From contig CAMVLO010000007.1 of assembly GCA_947168365.1 (NCBI GenBank), forward strand, positions 8,642 through 72,641: a stretch of DNA of 64,000 bases, written 5' to 3'. Below the pieces are notes generated by a model. That model saw nothing but the letters and a program-made list of their open reading frames with translations. It was not told the DNA's origin and did no database searches. The translations under genes were made by a program, and so were the position numbers. Below, piece after piece: positions 40,866-50,592 of the stretch (positions within the stretch are counted from its first letter, which is position 1; each line of letters opens with the position of its first letter). The DNA is from an uncultured Bacteroidales bacterium (GTDB taxonomy: Bacteria > Bacteroidota > Bacteroidia > Bacteroidales > UBA3824).

Positions 40866-41040
40866 ATTATCAGATAAAATATAAATAAATTTTTTATTTT
40901 TCTTTTGGATTTTAAATTTTATTTGTTTATTTTTGCAATGTTCTTAGTTAGTTGTTATAGTTTAAATTTTTCTATATATTAGATATTTAAAACTGTATCA
41001 TCTTATGTTTTAGAAAAAAATGTATTTAAATTATCATATT

Positions 41041-42012
41041 ATGAAAAAGATTATTAAAAAAACATTATTTGCATTAGCAATTATATCGTTTATGATTTCA
41101 ATTGTGTCATGTGAAAAAGAAGAAGTGACAATATCGACTCATTCTGATGATGAAGAGTGTAGAATGTATGCAGCAAATGAGTATATTCCGTATGGTCAGC
41201 AATGGAATTTATCAGTATTGAGTCCAAATGCTATCTCGAAAGGATATTACATTAATCTTTCTGATTTAGGTAAAGAATATCAATTTGATAGTTGTACTTA
41301 TAAGAAAGATAAATCTGTACGATATAAAGTGATGAAAATTAACAGACGAAATTCTGATAAGTATTTTTACATCATGTTAGAAAATTTAAGTGTTAAACTT
41401 GATACAGGTTGTTGTGCATATCAATATTCTGAGGCTAATGCTGCTAAATATGGTCGTTTATATTCTTGGTATGCTGCTAATGCCTTAGCTCAAGACTTTA
41501 CCATGAAATTGCCTATTTACAAAGTTGATGGTACTGTAATTCAAGGATTAACCGTAAAGGGTAGATTACCAAATAAAGAGGATATATATGATTTACTTGA
41601 GGTTGATTCTTTGGGTTATAATTACGATAATGGTTTTAGTATCGATGATTGTTATGATCAAGGAGTAGCTGATGTATCAAAATATATGTATTATGATATG
41701 TTTTTGTTCGGAATTGAAGATGCAGATGCTGATGATTCTAAAGCATTTCATTGTTTAGGAGGCAGTTATAGTGATCCTCATAATTGTTCTCAAACTTTTA
41801 ACGGTTTAAATCAGAGAGGTAGTTTTTGGACGTCAGTTAGTTATCTGAATTCTAAAAGTGGGCATCAACCTTTAAGAATTGATTATAAAAACAATAGTGG
41901 AAATACATTTAATTTTGTTGCATCTGCGCTCTTTTCTGTAAATGCTACTATTTATGATAATGAAAGATTGTCTGTTCGTTATGTATTCGAGCCAAAGTAT
42001 TTAACAAAATGA
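41041..42012 (+). CDS. FISUMP (Fib_succ_major)-like domain lipoprotein
   Basis: IVSC lipobox, YGRLYSWYAA, RLPNKED, G.FWTS, LSVRYV. Confidence 0.7.
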   Translation: MKKIIKKTLFALAIISFMISIVSCEKEEVTISTHSDDEECRMYAANEYIPYGQQWNLSVLSPNAISKGYYINLSDLGKEYQFDSCTYKKDKSVRYKVMKINRRNSDKYFYIMLENLSVKLDTGCCAYQYSEANAAKYGRLYSWYAANALAQDFTMKLPIYKVDGTVIQGLTVKGRLPNKEDIYDLLEVDSLGYNYDNGFSIDDCYDQGVADVSKYMYYDMFLFGIEDADADDSKAFHCLGGSYSDPHNCSQTFNGLNQRGSFWTSVSYLNSKSGHQPLRIDYKNNSGNTFNFVASALFSVNATIYDNERLSVRYVFEPKYLTK

Positions 42013-43298
42013 AATTTTTATTTTGTTTTATAGTAATTCTTTTGGGATTATTCAATCAATCTGTGGCGCAATTTGGCTATGAGTTTTGGTCACAGATTGA
42101 TTGTATTGTTCGTATTGATGAGTTAGGTAATATAAAAATTTTCCCATCCATTTCTAATATAAATCGAGGTTTTGTTATTGGAAATTATAAAGGAGAAGTT
42201 GAAGTTTGTGGAAGTTTGGGTGGAATTTGGAATGGTGATTTTGTTCAAATAAAAAAATGTGACGCAAAACATTCATATATTTGCATTGCACAAGATCCTA
42301 TTAATCCCAATTTATTCTATAAATTTGAAGCTTGCATTAATGGTCATCGTTATTTTGTTCTATATACACAATTTGACTTATCGAAATCAGAAAAAGTTGT
42401 TAAAGAACAAGTACTACAAGAGAAGTTTTTTAATTTCATCCATATTGTTCCTTCTGATAAAAATACACTTTGGGTTCTTGCTAATACAAAAGGTACTCAA
42501 GATATAATGGTTTACGAACTATCAGAGGGAAATCTTGTTCTTAAAAATCGATATGATGTTGGATTTACATTCCCTTTTACGTTTAATGTTATGAAAAGTT
42601 TTGATAATCCGCAACACAGCAAAATTTATCTTAATCAGGCATCTGGCCTTCTTGTTATGGATTTTGATGTTAAAACAGGATATATAAGTAATTTTCAGAC
42701 ATATAGCGAAATAAAAAATGCAGCGATTTCTCCATCAGGAAAATATATTTATACAATTAATGTCAGTAGCGATAAAATTTTATCATTATATAGATATGAA
42801 TCCGATAATTTATTAGTGGATGGTGAGGTTGTTTTTTCTTCTCCTGTTTCTGAAAATGAGTTATTGGAAGGTGTTAATGATATTATATTAGGTCCTGACG
42901 GTAATTTATATATAGCTAGGGCAAAAAAATATCTTGATATAGTTACTGACGTTGATTCTCCTTCTCCTAAATATTTTATTGATAAAATTTTTTTGGAAAA
43001 CGGAACTTCAACTCTTTTTCCTGACTATGTATTTAATCCTTCTAATATCAGAGTTGATTTTTCTTGTAATACAGTATTTTTTTTATGTCCGTTATTTAAT
43101 AATATTACAAGTTGTAGTTGGAATTTTGGTGATGGTTCGCAGTCTACTGATATTAATCCAACGCACATTTATAATACATCGGGTCTTTATGAAGTTAAGT
43201 TGAATGTTGTATTGGATGACGGAATCGAAAAAAAATATAGTAAAAAAATTAGAATACCTTCTCCTCCCAAAAAGCCTGTAATAATTCTTTCGGATTAA
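42009..43298 (+). CDS. Secreted beta-propeller plus PKD domain protein
   Basis: Signal peptide, ISPSGKY, LGPDGNLY, C-terminal WNFGDG...NPTHIY...G.Y.V.L. Confidence 0.75.
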   Translation: MKFLFCFIVILLGLFNQSVAQFGYEFWSQIDCIVRIDELGNIKIFPSISNINRGFVIGNYKGEVEVCGSLGGIWNGDFVQIKKCDAKHSYICIAQDPINPNLFYKFEACINGHRYFVLYTQFDLSKSEKVVKEQVLQEKFFNFIHIVPSDKNTLWVLANTKGTQDIMVYELSEGNLVLKNRYDVGFTFPFTFNVMKSFDNPQHSKIYLNQASGLLVMDFDVKTGYISNFQTYSEIKNAAISPSGKYIYTINVSSDKILSLYRYESDNLLVDGEVVFSSPVSENELLEGVNDIILGPDGNLYIARAKKYLDIVTDVDSPSPKYFIDKIFLENGTSTLFPDYVFNPSNIRVDFSCNTVFFLCPLFNNITSCSWNFGDGSQSTDINPTHIYNTSGLYEVKLNVVLDDGIEKKYSKKIRIPSPPKKPVIILSD

Positions 43299-43387
43299 TT
43301 ATATTTTTTAGTGGCCTTAGAATAACACTAAATTTAAAAAAAGTGAGTAGGAAAAAATAATTCTCCTACTCTGATTATTTTTCTTTT

Positions 43388-44044
43388 TTACAATTTTTGA
43401 CCGTAACAAAGGTCGCCGGCATCGCCCAAGCCCGGTACGATATAGCCGTGTGAGTTCAAAACAGGGTCGGTAACTACTGTCCAAATATCGCATAAATCCC
43501 TATCAATATTGTTGCTGAGAGTTTCGATACCTTGTTTTGATGAAAATACCGATGCAAAATAAATATGCTTTGGTTTTCCGTTCCTTAGAAGCGCATTCAT
43601 TGCTACAATTACCGACGAACCTGTGGCAAGCATCGGATCTACAATAATTAATGTCTTACCGTCGATATTCGGTGAAGCCATGTATTCAAATTTAATTTCA
43701 AAACTTTTGCCGTCAGCGTTGTAAGAACGGTATTCTGACAAAAATGCGTTTTCGGCACTGTCAAAAATATCAATAAAACCTTCGTGCATTGGTAAGCCGG
43801 CTCTTAATACCGAAGCAATTACCACTTGGTCGCTTACTACAGAGCAGTTAGCTTTGTCGAGCGGAGTTTCTACTACAATATTCTTGTAATCCAATTCCTT
43901 AGAAATCTCGTAAGCCAATATATGAGCCAGTCTTTTGATATTGTTACGAAATCTCAACGAATCTTTTTGGATGTTGATGTCGCGCATTTGTCGGATATAA
44001 TTTCCGGCGATAGAGTTGGTGTCTTGTAAACGATGTATCTTCAT
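43388..44044 (-). CDS. upp: Uracil phosphoribosyltransferase
   Basis: VLRAGLPM, DPMLATGSS, YIVPGLGDAGD. Confidence 0.97.
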   Translation of the reverse strand: MKIHRLQDTNSIAGNYIRQMRDINIQKDSLRFRNNIKRLAHILAYEISKELDYKNIVVETPLDKANCSVVSDQVVIASVLRAGLPMHEGFIDIFDSAENAFLSEYRSYNADGKSFEIKFEYMASPNIDGKTLIIVDPMLATGSSVIVAMNALLRNGKPKHIYFASVFSSKQGIETLSNNIDRDLCDIWTVVTDPVLNSHGYIVPGLGDAGDLCYGQKL

Positions 44045-44068
44045 TTCTTTGTTTAATTTTGTTATATT

Positions 44069-44710
44069 TTAGTCATTGATAATCAGATTGTCAACAGCGA
44101 TTTTAGGTACGTATTGAATATTATTTTCGTCGCGGTAATAGTTATGATTATCTTCAGGATTTATATTTACAAGTTTTATAACCTCTTTGGATTTGCCAAT
44201 CGCAAGTACTGCCAACGGTTCGTATTTCAGATTAAAAGCTTTACTAATTTCGTCCTTGTTGAACGCCGCAATAATAATACCGTTAAGACCTATTTCTACG
44301 GCTTTTAGCAGCATGGATTGCATCGAAATTCCCAAATCCATATCAATAAATTTGTTTTCTTTTACAGTACTGCATATAATAATAAATGCGTTAGGCTCAG
44401 TTCCGGCAAAAGGTAAATGAAGTTCCGGTAATGCGCCGCCGAGTTTTATATTTTCTAAAACGATGTCAGCACCGGTATTTTTTGTTACCATCTTAAATCT
44501 CAATACCTGCTGATTTCGTGCCGAAGCTACTTTGGTGTTAACATTTATTATCTTCTTCAGAACATCTTCCGAGATTATCACGTCGGGGTCATAACCTCTT
44601 GTACTGCGGTTTTTTAGTAACATACTGTCAAGTGTTTGACCTACCTTCTTTATAGTTTTCTTTGACCCGAAAACTTCATTGTATCTGTTTTCCAAATAGT
44701 TGTCTGCCAT
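44069..44710 (-). CDS. Nitroreductase family protein
   Basis: NRSTRGY, SARNQQ, DLGISMQSMLL.A.E.GL. Confidence 0.9.
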   Translation of the reverse strand: MADNYLENRYNEVFGSKKTIKKVGQTLDSMLLKNRSTRGYDPDVIISEDVLKKIINVNTKVASARNQQVLRFKMVTKNTGADIVLENIKLGGALPELHLPFAGTEPNAFIIICSTVKENKFIDMDLGISMQSMLLKAVEIGLNGIIIAAFNKDEISKAFNLKYEPLAVLAIGKSKEVIKLVNINPEDNHNYYRDENNIQYVPKIAVDNLIIND

Positions 44711-44841
44711 ATTTCAAAATTTATCGGACGAGGCAAATTTAGAAAAAAGTATAAAAAATATTGTGGATTTTATGTAACTTTTTATTCATATTTACGTATA
44801 AGTTAAATAAAATATATTATCAAACCAAATACCAAAAAATT

Positions 44842-44955
44842 ATGATAGCAACAGTAATTAGTATCTTAGCACTTACAGTTTTCTGTTTTTTTGGAGTTTC
44901 AATTTCTAATCTCAAAAATTCAAAAGAAAACCGTGACCTTTACAAACTTAATTAA
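44842..44955 (+). CDS. Putative 37-aa single-TM small protein
   Basis: MIATVISILALTVFCFFGVSIS... with A-rich context before the ATG and a terminator-like hairpin at 45034-45082. Confidence 0.4.
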   Translation: MIATVISILALTVFCFFGVSISNLKNSKENRDLYKLN

Positions 44956-45191
44956 TTTATTTGTTTGTAAATTATGAAATGCATTTAGTTGCATGCCAAT
45001 CTAACAATAACTTTTTTATTAAAAACTTTTTAAACCATGCAGGATAAAACATTAATACCTTTGTCCTACATGGTATTTTTTTGCCCTAACGATTTTTTTA
45101 CACACTCAAAAAAATCCCTCAAAGATGCTTAACGCACCTAAGAGGGACGAACTAAATTGTGTGAATAAAATCAAAAATCTTTATTTCTAAA

Positions 45192-46397
45192 TTATTTCTT
45201 GATACCAAGTTTCTTAGCAATATCAGCTGGAATTGCATCTTTGTGAACCATGATATCAATAGTTTTCAAAGCAACAAAAGCTTCGGTAAAATACCATGTA
45301 CCTTGGTAAGTATTATCTGTACCCCAAGAGTTTTTAGCCATGTAATATTTTTTACCGTTTTGATCCTTTGCTATACCGTAGATAAGCATACCGTGATCGT
45401 CTGTAGTTTCCCAATTGTCATAACCCTTTTGACGAAGTTCTTGAGTAGGAACAATCTCTTTGAAAGGTTTTGAAGTAAGGAACTCACGTTTTGCATAATT
45501 GTAAGTCAAACCTGTCCAACGTGCCATATCAGAACCGGTAAGACCGTTTTCTACGTCAGGCATCTGACCGATACCGTTGCGAGAGAAACCTTGTTCTGAA
45601 ACGTCTGCACCCCAAGCAATTGTATAACCCTTTTGAATTGCATTTTCTACGCATCTCATCATTTCGTCGATTGTAACATTGTAAGCTTGTTCCCAACGCC
45701 AGTTGTCTTGAACTTCAATTACAAATTTTTCGTAGAACGGATGGTGAGTAAAAGAAGTAATTGCAACATAATCATCCATATTGAGTCCGAGACTTGCAGC
45801 GAATGATTGTGGAGTGTATTCTTTGCCCTTGTAAGTGAATTTTTCAGGACATTTGCCGAGGTAAGAATCATAAATACCTTGCAAACCTTTTTTCCAAACA
45901 GGAGAGAGAGTTTTGCTTGCGCCGTCTTCATCTTCTTTTACGATAGCATCAACGTATGCCTTTGCAATTTCATCCATTTCGCTGTTGTTAGGAAGAGAAT
46001 CGCCGTAAAGAGTTCCCATAGCAGGCATTGCATCTTGAGGGATAATACCGTAATGTTTCCAACAATATTGAACGTCAGAAGCGAAACCGCCCGGCGAGAA
46101 AGAAACATCGCCATGAGTACGAACAGCCTTTTCAGCTCGGTCCATCATTGTTTTGTTAACTACAAATGCTTCAGAAAAATCGTATTCACCCTTGCCGAGA
46201 CGAAGAAGTTCGCTTTCAAAATAGCTAAGAGTAGAGAAACACCAGCAAGTACTGCTTCTGTGTTGATTTTTTACGCTGGAAATAGGAAGAGCTTTTACAG
46301 TAGTGAATTTAAAGCCCTCGTCTTTTGTGTCTTGTTGAGCTGTTGCCGGAATTACAAGGCTAAGAGCTGCTGCTGCTAATACTAATTGTTTAATCAT
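45192..46397 (-). CDS. C1B family cysteine aminopeptidase (PepC/bleomycin hydrolase-like)
   Basis: QHRSSTCWCFS, DDHGM, KNSWG. Signal peptide. Confidence 0.93.
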   Translation of the reverse strand: MIKQLVLAAAALSLVIPATAQQDTKDEGFKFTTVKALPISSVKNQHRSSTCWCFSTLSYFESELLRLGKGEYDFSEAFVVNKTMMDRAEKAVRTHGDVSFSPGGFASDVQYCWKHYGIIPQDAMPAMGTLYGDSLPNNSEMDEIAKAYVDAIVKEDEDGASKTLSPVWKKGLQGIYDSYLGKCPEKFTYKGKEYTPQSFAASLGLNMDDYVAITSFTHHPFYEKFVIEVQDNWRWEQAYNVTIDEMMRCVENAIQKGYTIAWGADVSEQGFSRNGIGQMPDVENGLTGSDMARWTGLTYNYAKREFLTSKPFKEIVPTQELRQKGYDNWETTDDHGMLIYGIAKDQNGKKYYMAKNSWGTDNTYQGTWYFTEAFVALKTIDIMVHKDAIPADIAKKLGIKK

Positions 46398-46693
46398 CTT
46401 TTTAAAATACTATTGTTATGATTTTGTTTGTAGTGTTTGATAATAATTTTGGCGCAAAGTTATATATTTTACTTGAATTTTTATATTAAGTGATACTATT
46501 AATTTTGATTAATTATTATTAATTTTTTATTGTATAAAATTGCAACCTTTAATTTTTCGGGGGATTCTTTTTTTTTGTTGAACCTTTTTTAGATTGTACA
46601 GGGGATGTAAAAACCAGACGATTTTACATCCCCGTCTATTTGATGTCGTCGCGGTTATGATGCGGTAAAATGTTGACGATTACATCTTTTTCC

Positions 46694-46718
46694 GTAGAGA
46701 CGTTGCGTGCAACGTCTA
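46694..46718 (+). repeat. GTAG-type REP element
   Basis: GTAGAGACGTTGCGTGCAACGTCTA. Identical copy at 56961. Confidence 0.8.
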
Positions 46719-46725
46719 ACACAGG

Positions 46726-46786
46726 GATGACGAAATTTCCGATTGGAAATATTTCAATTTTTTTTCGATGATGAAATTTCCGATTG
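46726..46786. repeat. Two-unit 41-bp-period repeat related to array 3
   Basis: GATGAYGAAATTTCCGATTG at 46726 and 46767. Confidence 0.55.
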
Positions 46787-47062
46787 TTTTTGGGGATTAA
46801 AATGTTTTATTCACCGCAAATTTTGCGGCGAATATAATAGTTTTTCACCGCAAACGCAAATGAATTTTAATTTCCGTTTTTAATTAATCCCCGTACAATA
46901 ATAAATACGGATGTTTTTAAATTACTATTCCATAATAGTTGAAATTTTCATTTGCGTATTGCTTAGTACATAATTTGATAAAATTTAAATAAACTTTTAA
47001 GAAAAATGATTTAAAAACTATTTCCTATTTTTGCACTTGTAATAAACAATTAAATTAAAAGA

Positions 47063-47797
47063 ATGAGCAAACTAATTAAAGATTTTTTCTATACGCAGAA
47101 TATAGAAGGTAACACGTTGAAATATCCTGCTGTTAGAAATTTAAAAATTACCAACGCATTGATTCAGATTTTGGGATGCGGTGTTTTTGTAGTGGATTAT
47201 GAAAATGGTAAAATCTTGATTTCTTCCGAAATTATCGCGCAGATGTGCGGTTTAACTCAAGAGGAAATCGATGCCAAATCTTTTGATGTTTATATTAATC
47301 ATATCCCAAAAGATGATTATAAGATGTTGACCGAGGTCAACAATGCTTATTTTAAATTTATCAAACGGATGTCAGATGAAGAAATTCTGAAATCAATTTT
47401 GTCTTACAATTATCATTTTGACAGTTTGTTGATGCACCAATCTTTTAAGCCGATTTATGTAGAAAACGGTGTTATCAAGCTTGGAGTTTTTGTGATTACG
47501 ATGTCTTCGGATAATGTTTTGGGAAATGTACAATTAAGAAGTGTAGATTCTCATGACTATTACGAGTATTGTCTTGATAGCGGTACTTGGCATTACAAAG
47601 AAGGTATTGTACTTTCTTCTACTGAAAAGCTTATTTTACTTCTTTCTGCTCAGGGTCGGTCTACCAAAAATATCGGTGATGAGATTCATCAAACGGAATC
47701 CAATGTTAAATACTGTAAAAAAAATCTTTTCAAGAAAATGGGGGTCGGCAATATTTCTGAGGCTTTGATTTGTGCTATTAACAACAGATTTTTTTAG
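47063..47797 (+). CDS. PAS-like plus LuxR HTH transcriptional regulator
   Basis: C-terminal LSSTEK.IL.LSAQG....I.....NLFKKMGV.NISEA. Confidence 0.85.
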   Translation: MSKLIKDFFYTQNIEGNTLKYPAVRNLKITNALIQILGCGVFVVDYENGKILISSEIIAQMCGLTQEEIDAKSFDVYINHIPKDDYKMLTEVNNAYFKFIKRMSDEEILKSILSYNYHFDSLLMHQSFKPIYVENGVIKLGVFVITMSSDNVLGNVQLRSVDSHDYYEYCLDSGTWHYKEGIVLSSTEKLILLLSAQGRSTKNIGDEIHQTESNVKYCKKNLFKKMGVGNISEALICAINNRFF

Positions 47798-47819
47798 TAC
47801 CAATTTTTAATTTTTATAC

Positions 47820-48560
47820 ATGGATAAATTAGTTAATGATTTTTTGAACTTTCAAGATTTTGTATTGAATACTGATACCGGGTTTGACGAATCTGTTTTA
47901 ACTGATTTGGATATTTCTAAGTCTATTATTCAGATTTTGGGATGCGGTATTTATATGGTGGATTTTGTTAAAGAAAAAATTGTATTGATTTCCGAAAATA
48001 TTACTGAAATTTTCGGTACGGATTCTACATCTTTGAATATCAAGGATTTTGAAAGCTTTGTTAAACATATTCCATCTAATGAATACAATCAATTGGTAGA
48101 AGTAAACAAGGCAATTTTTGAATTTCTGAAAAAAAAGCCTGACAACGAGATTATTAAATATTCGGTGTCATACAATTTTCATATTGAGAATCTTTTGTTG
48201 CATCAGATTTTCAAGCCGGTGGAAGCTGTCAACGGTTTTATTACGACGGGTATTAATTTGTTGACTATTTCTTCCGAAAAAGACTTCGGTCATGTTGTAA
48301 TGCAAAAGACCAAGGATTTTTATTATGAATATTCGTTTGACAATCACAATTGGATACATAAAAAAAGTATTCGATTGACAGAAATTGAGAAATTGATTCT
48401 CAGTCTTTCGGCTCAGGGTCGTACAATTGAGGATATTGCGGATGTGGTTTGCAAGTCGCCGAGTTGTGTTAAGGTTTACAAAAAAAATATTTGTGATAAA
48501 ATGGGAGTTGAAAACAATTCAGAGGCTTTGATTTACGCTATTAATAACAGATTTTTCTGA
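47820..48560 (+). CDS. PAS-like plus LuxR HTH transcriptional regulator (tandem paralog)
   Basis: Shares IQILGCG, SYN.H, LSAQGR and AINNRFF with the upstream gene. Confidence 0.85.
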   Translation: MDKLVNDFLNFQDFVLNTDTGFDESVLTDLDISKSIIQILGCGIYMVDFVKEKIVLISENITEIFGTDSTSLNIKDFESFVKHIPSNEYNQLVEVNKAIFEFLKKKPDNEIIKYSVSYNFHIENLLLHQIFKPVEAVNGFITTGINLLTISSEKDFGHVVMQKTKDFYYEYSFDNHNWIHKKSIRLTEIEKLILSLSAQGRTIEDIADVVCKSPSCVKVYKKNICDKMGVENNSEALIYAINNRFF

Positions 48561-48645
48561 TTGTTGATAGCCGTTTCCTTCGTGATTGAAAAATTATATT
48601 GATTTTTTTTACGTTATTATTGTTACTAACTAAAACTATCTCTAT

Positions 48646-49005
48646 ATGAAAAAAATTTTATTGATTGCGATGTTAGCGATGTTTTGTTTATCGTGTTCGG
48701 CGCAAAAAGATACTGCAAAATTTCCTAATATGCACGATGTTATTGAACATTCTTCTGAAGTTTTCTTGGTGACTTTTGATAAAGAAATCGGAAAAGAATT
48801 TTTGTATCAAGCGATTGAAGATTACGGAGCTGAGATTGTTTATGATTACGAGATTATTGCGGGGATGTCGATAAAACGTCCTAAAAACAAATCGTTGGAA
48901 GAAACTATGGATTATTTTAGAACTGTAAAAGGTGTATTATCAGTAGAATACGATTTGATTTACAAGTTAGACGATCCGGTTTCACCGAAACCTTCTGACC
49001 GATAA
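48646..49005 (+). CDS. Small secreted protein or lipoprotein resembling a stand-alone subtilase propeptide (I9-like)
   Basis: Signal peptide or lipobox (CLSC). LVTF...YGAEIVYDY..IAGM.I....KGVLSVEYD. Confidence 0.55.
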   Translation: MKKILLIAMLAMFCLSCSAQKDTAKFPNMHDVIEHSSEVFLVTFDKEIGKEFLYQAIEDYGAEIVYDYEIIAGMSIKRPKNKSLEETMDYFRTVKGVLSVEYDLIYKLDDPVSPKPSDR

Positions 49006-49008
49006 AAA

Positions 49009-49046
49009 AATAATGCGAAACTTGAATTATCAGGTTTCGCATTATT
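49009..49046. terminator. Bidirectional terminator
   Basis: AATAATGCGAAAC...GTTTCGCATTATT between convergent genes. Confidence 0.75.
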
Positions 49047-49086
49047 ATTTAATAATAAAGTGTTTTAGAATTTTCTGTTTTGCTTG

Positions 49087-49959
49087 TTAGTCGGTTACGA
49101 TAACAAGAATTTTGCTGTTGTCCCAGAATTTAGCAGGGTCTGTAATTTCCAATTTCTCGATGATTTTGCCGTTCTGAATCAATTTGTAAGATCCTGAAGG
49201 GTGAGAAGAAAGGAGGTTAGCATTCTTTGTGTTGATGCTGATAGTGTTGCATGTTCTGAGGTCTACTTTTGTGAAGTATTCTTTGTCCATGCTTGCATCA
49301 ATTTTCAAACCTTTGAACAAACCTTCTCTTGAAATCACGTTGTGAGAAATCAATTCTTTCTTTGTACCTACAACGTAGTAAACAGTGTTGAGAGCAGCAT
49401 CTTGAGAAGAAATGATTTCAGATTTAGCTTCGCTCAAGCGTTGTTCTTCTTGGAGAGTAGAATCCATTTGAGCAACTTTGTCTTCCAACTCATTGATATC
49501 GAGGTTGAGTTTAGCCAATTGATCTTTCAAAGAAGTGATTTCTTGGTCTTTGTTTGCGATTTGGTCAGTAAGGAGTTGGATAGTTTTAGCCATTTCCTTA
49601 TTTTTGAGACCGTTCCTCTGGAGTTTGTCGTTCAAATCTTTGATTGTCTGCTTGTTTTTGAGCATCAATTCGTAAATAGAAAGGATGTCGTTGTTGATTT
49701 GGTCAGCAGAGGTTTCGTCAAGTTCTTGACCATTAGAGGTTTTGAGAGTAATGATTTGCTCTTTTTCCTTAATTTGGTTAAGATTTTCCTGAATAGAATT
49801 GAATGCAGCAAAATATTCGTCAATTTTTACACCACCTGTAGTGGCAACACTTCTAAGGCTGTCGTTTTGAGCCTGTAGTCTTTGAATTTCGTCTGTGTTG
49901 CAAGATGAATTCATTAATAATGGAGCCGCAAGGGCTACCGCAATCATCAATCTTTTCAT
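49087..49959 (-). CDS. Coiled-coil lipoprotein (Cbp1-like family)
   Basis: NSSC lipobox, long coiled coil, YYVVGTKKEL, SSHP..SY, P.KFW..SK.LVI. Confidence 0.75.
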   Translation of the reverse strand: MKRLMIAVALAAPLLMNSSCNTDEIQRLQAQNDSLRSVATTGGVKIDEYFAAFNSIQENLNQIKEKEQIITLKTSNGQELDETSADQINNDILSIYELMLKNKQTIKDLNDKLQRNGLKNKEMAKTIQLLTDQIANKDQEITSLKDQLAKLNLDINELEDKVAQMDSTLQEEQRLSEAKSEIISSQDAALNTVYYVVGTKKELISHNVISREGLFKGLKIDASMDKEYFTKVDLRTCNTISINTKNANLLSSHPSGSYKLIQNGKIIEKLEITDPAKFWDNSKILVIVTD

Positions 49960-50117
49960 TTGTGTATAAGATTATAGAATTTAATTAATTTGTTTAGCGC
50001 CGCAAAATTAAGAAAGATTTTTGAATTTTATATCATTTCTATTAAAAAATAATACTATCTTTACTGCGTTATGATTATAAGTCAAACTACTTACAATCTC
50101 AAAAAAAGTAATTTATT

Positions 50118-50573
50118 ATGAAAAAACTCGCATTAATATTATTAATTGTTTTCGCGGAAATTTATACAGCTGATGCTCAGATTCGTGTTCCGCGCTCTGC
50201 TGTACCTCAACAGGTGCAGAAGACTTTGATGGATTCTACCAACAAGGCTACCATGAAGAATGCTTGGTATTCTTTGGCTGATGAGGATTATGTGGCAGCA
50301 TACGATTATACCGTTTTTCGTTTTACTTATGAAGGTAAATTTGTTTACAAATTGAAATTCATGGAGTATACTTCGCTTCCTGATACTGTTTATCAGGATT
50401 TTAAGATGAAATACGATGAACAATATCCTTATGATTCTTCATGGGATGCGTATTTCGCCGACGGTCACAAGGAATATTGGATTCTTGCTAACAAAAAGAA
50501 AAGCAAAGCTCAATACTATTTTAAATATACTATTGACGGTGAGCTTATTGCTAAAACCGAAACAAACAGATAA
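50118..50573 (+). CDS. Secreted PepSY-like domain protein
   Basis: Signal peptide, VP..V, LP..V..F..KY. Paralog at 53444. Confidence 0.6.
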   Translation: MKKLALILLIVFAEIYTADAQIRVPRSAVPQQVQKTLMDSTNKATMKNAWYSLADEDYVAAYDYTVFRFTYEGKFVYKLKFMEYTSLPDTVYQDFKMKYDEQYPYDSSWDAYFADGHKEYWILANKKKSKAQYYFKYTIDGELIAKTETNR

Positions 50574-50592
50574 TCAGTTTTTTAATTTATAA

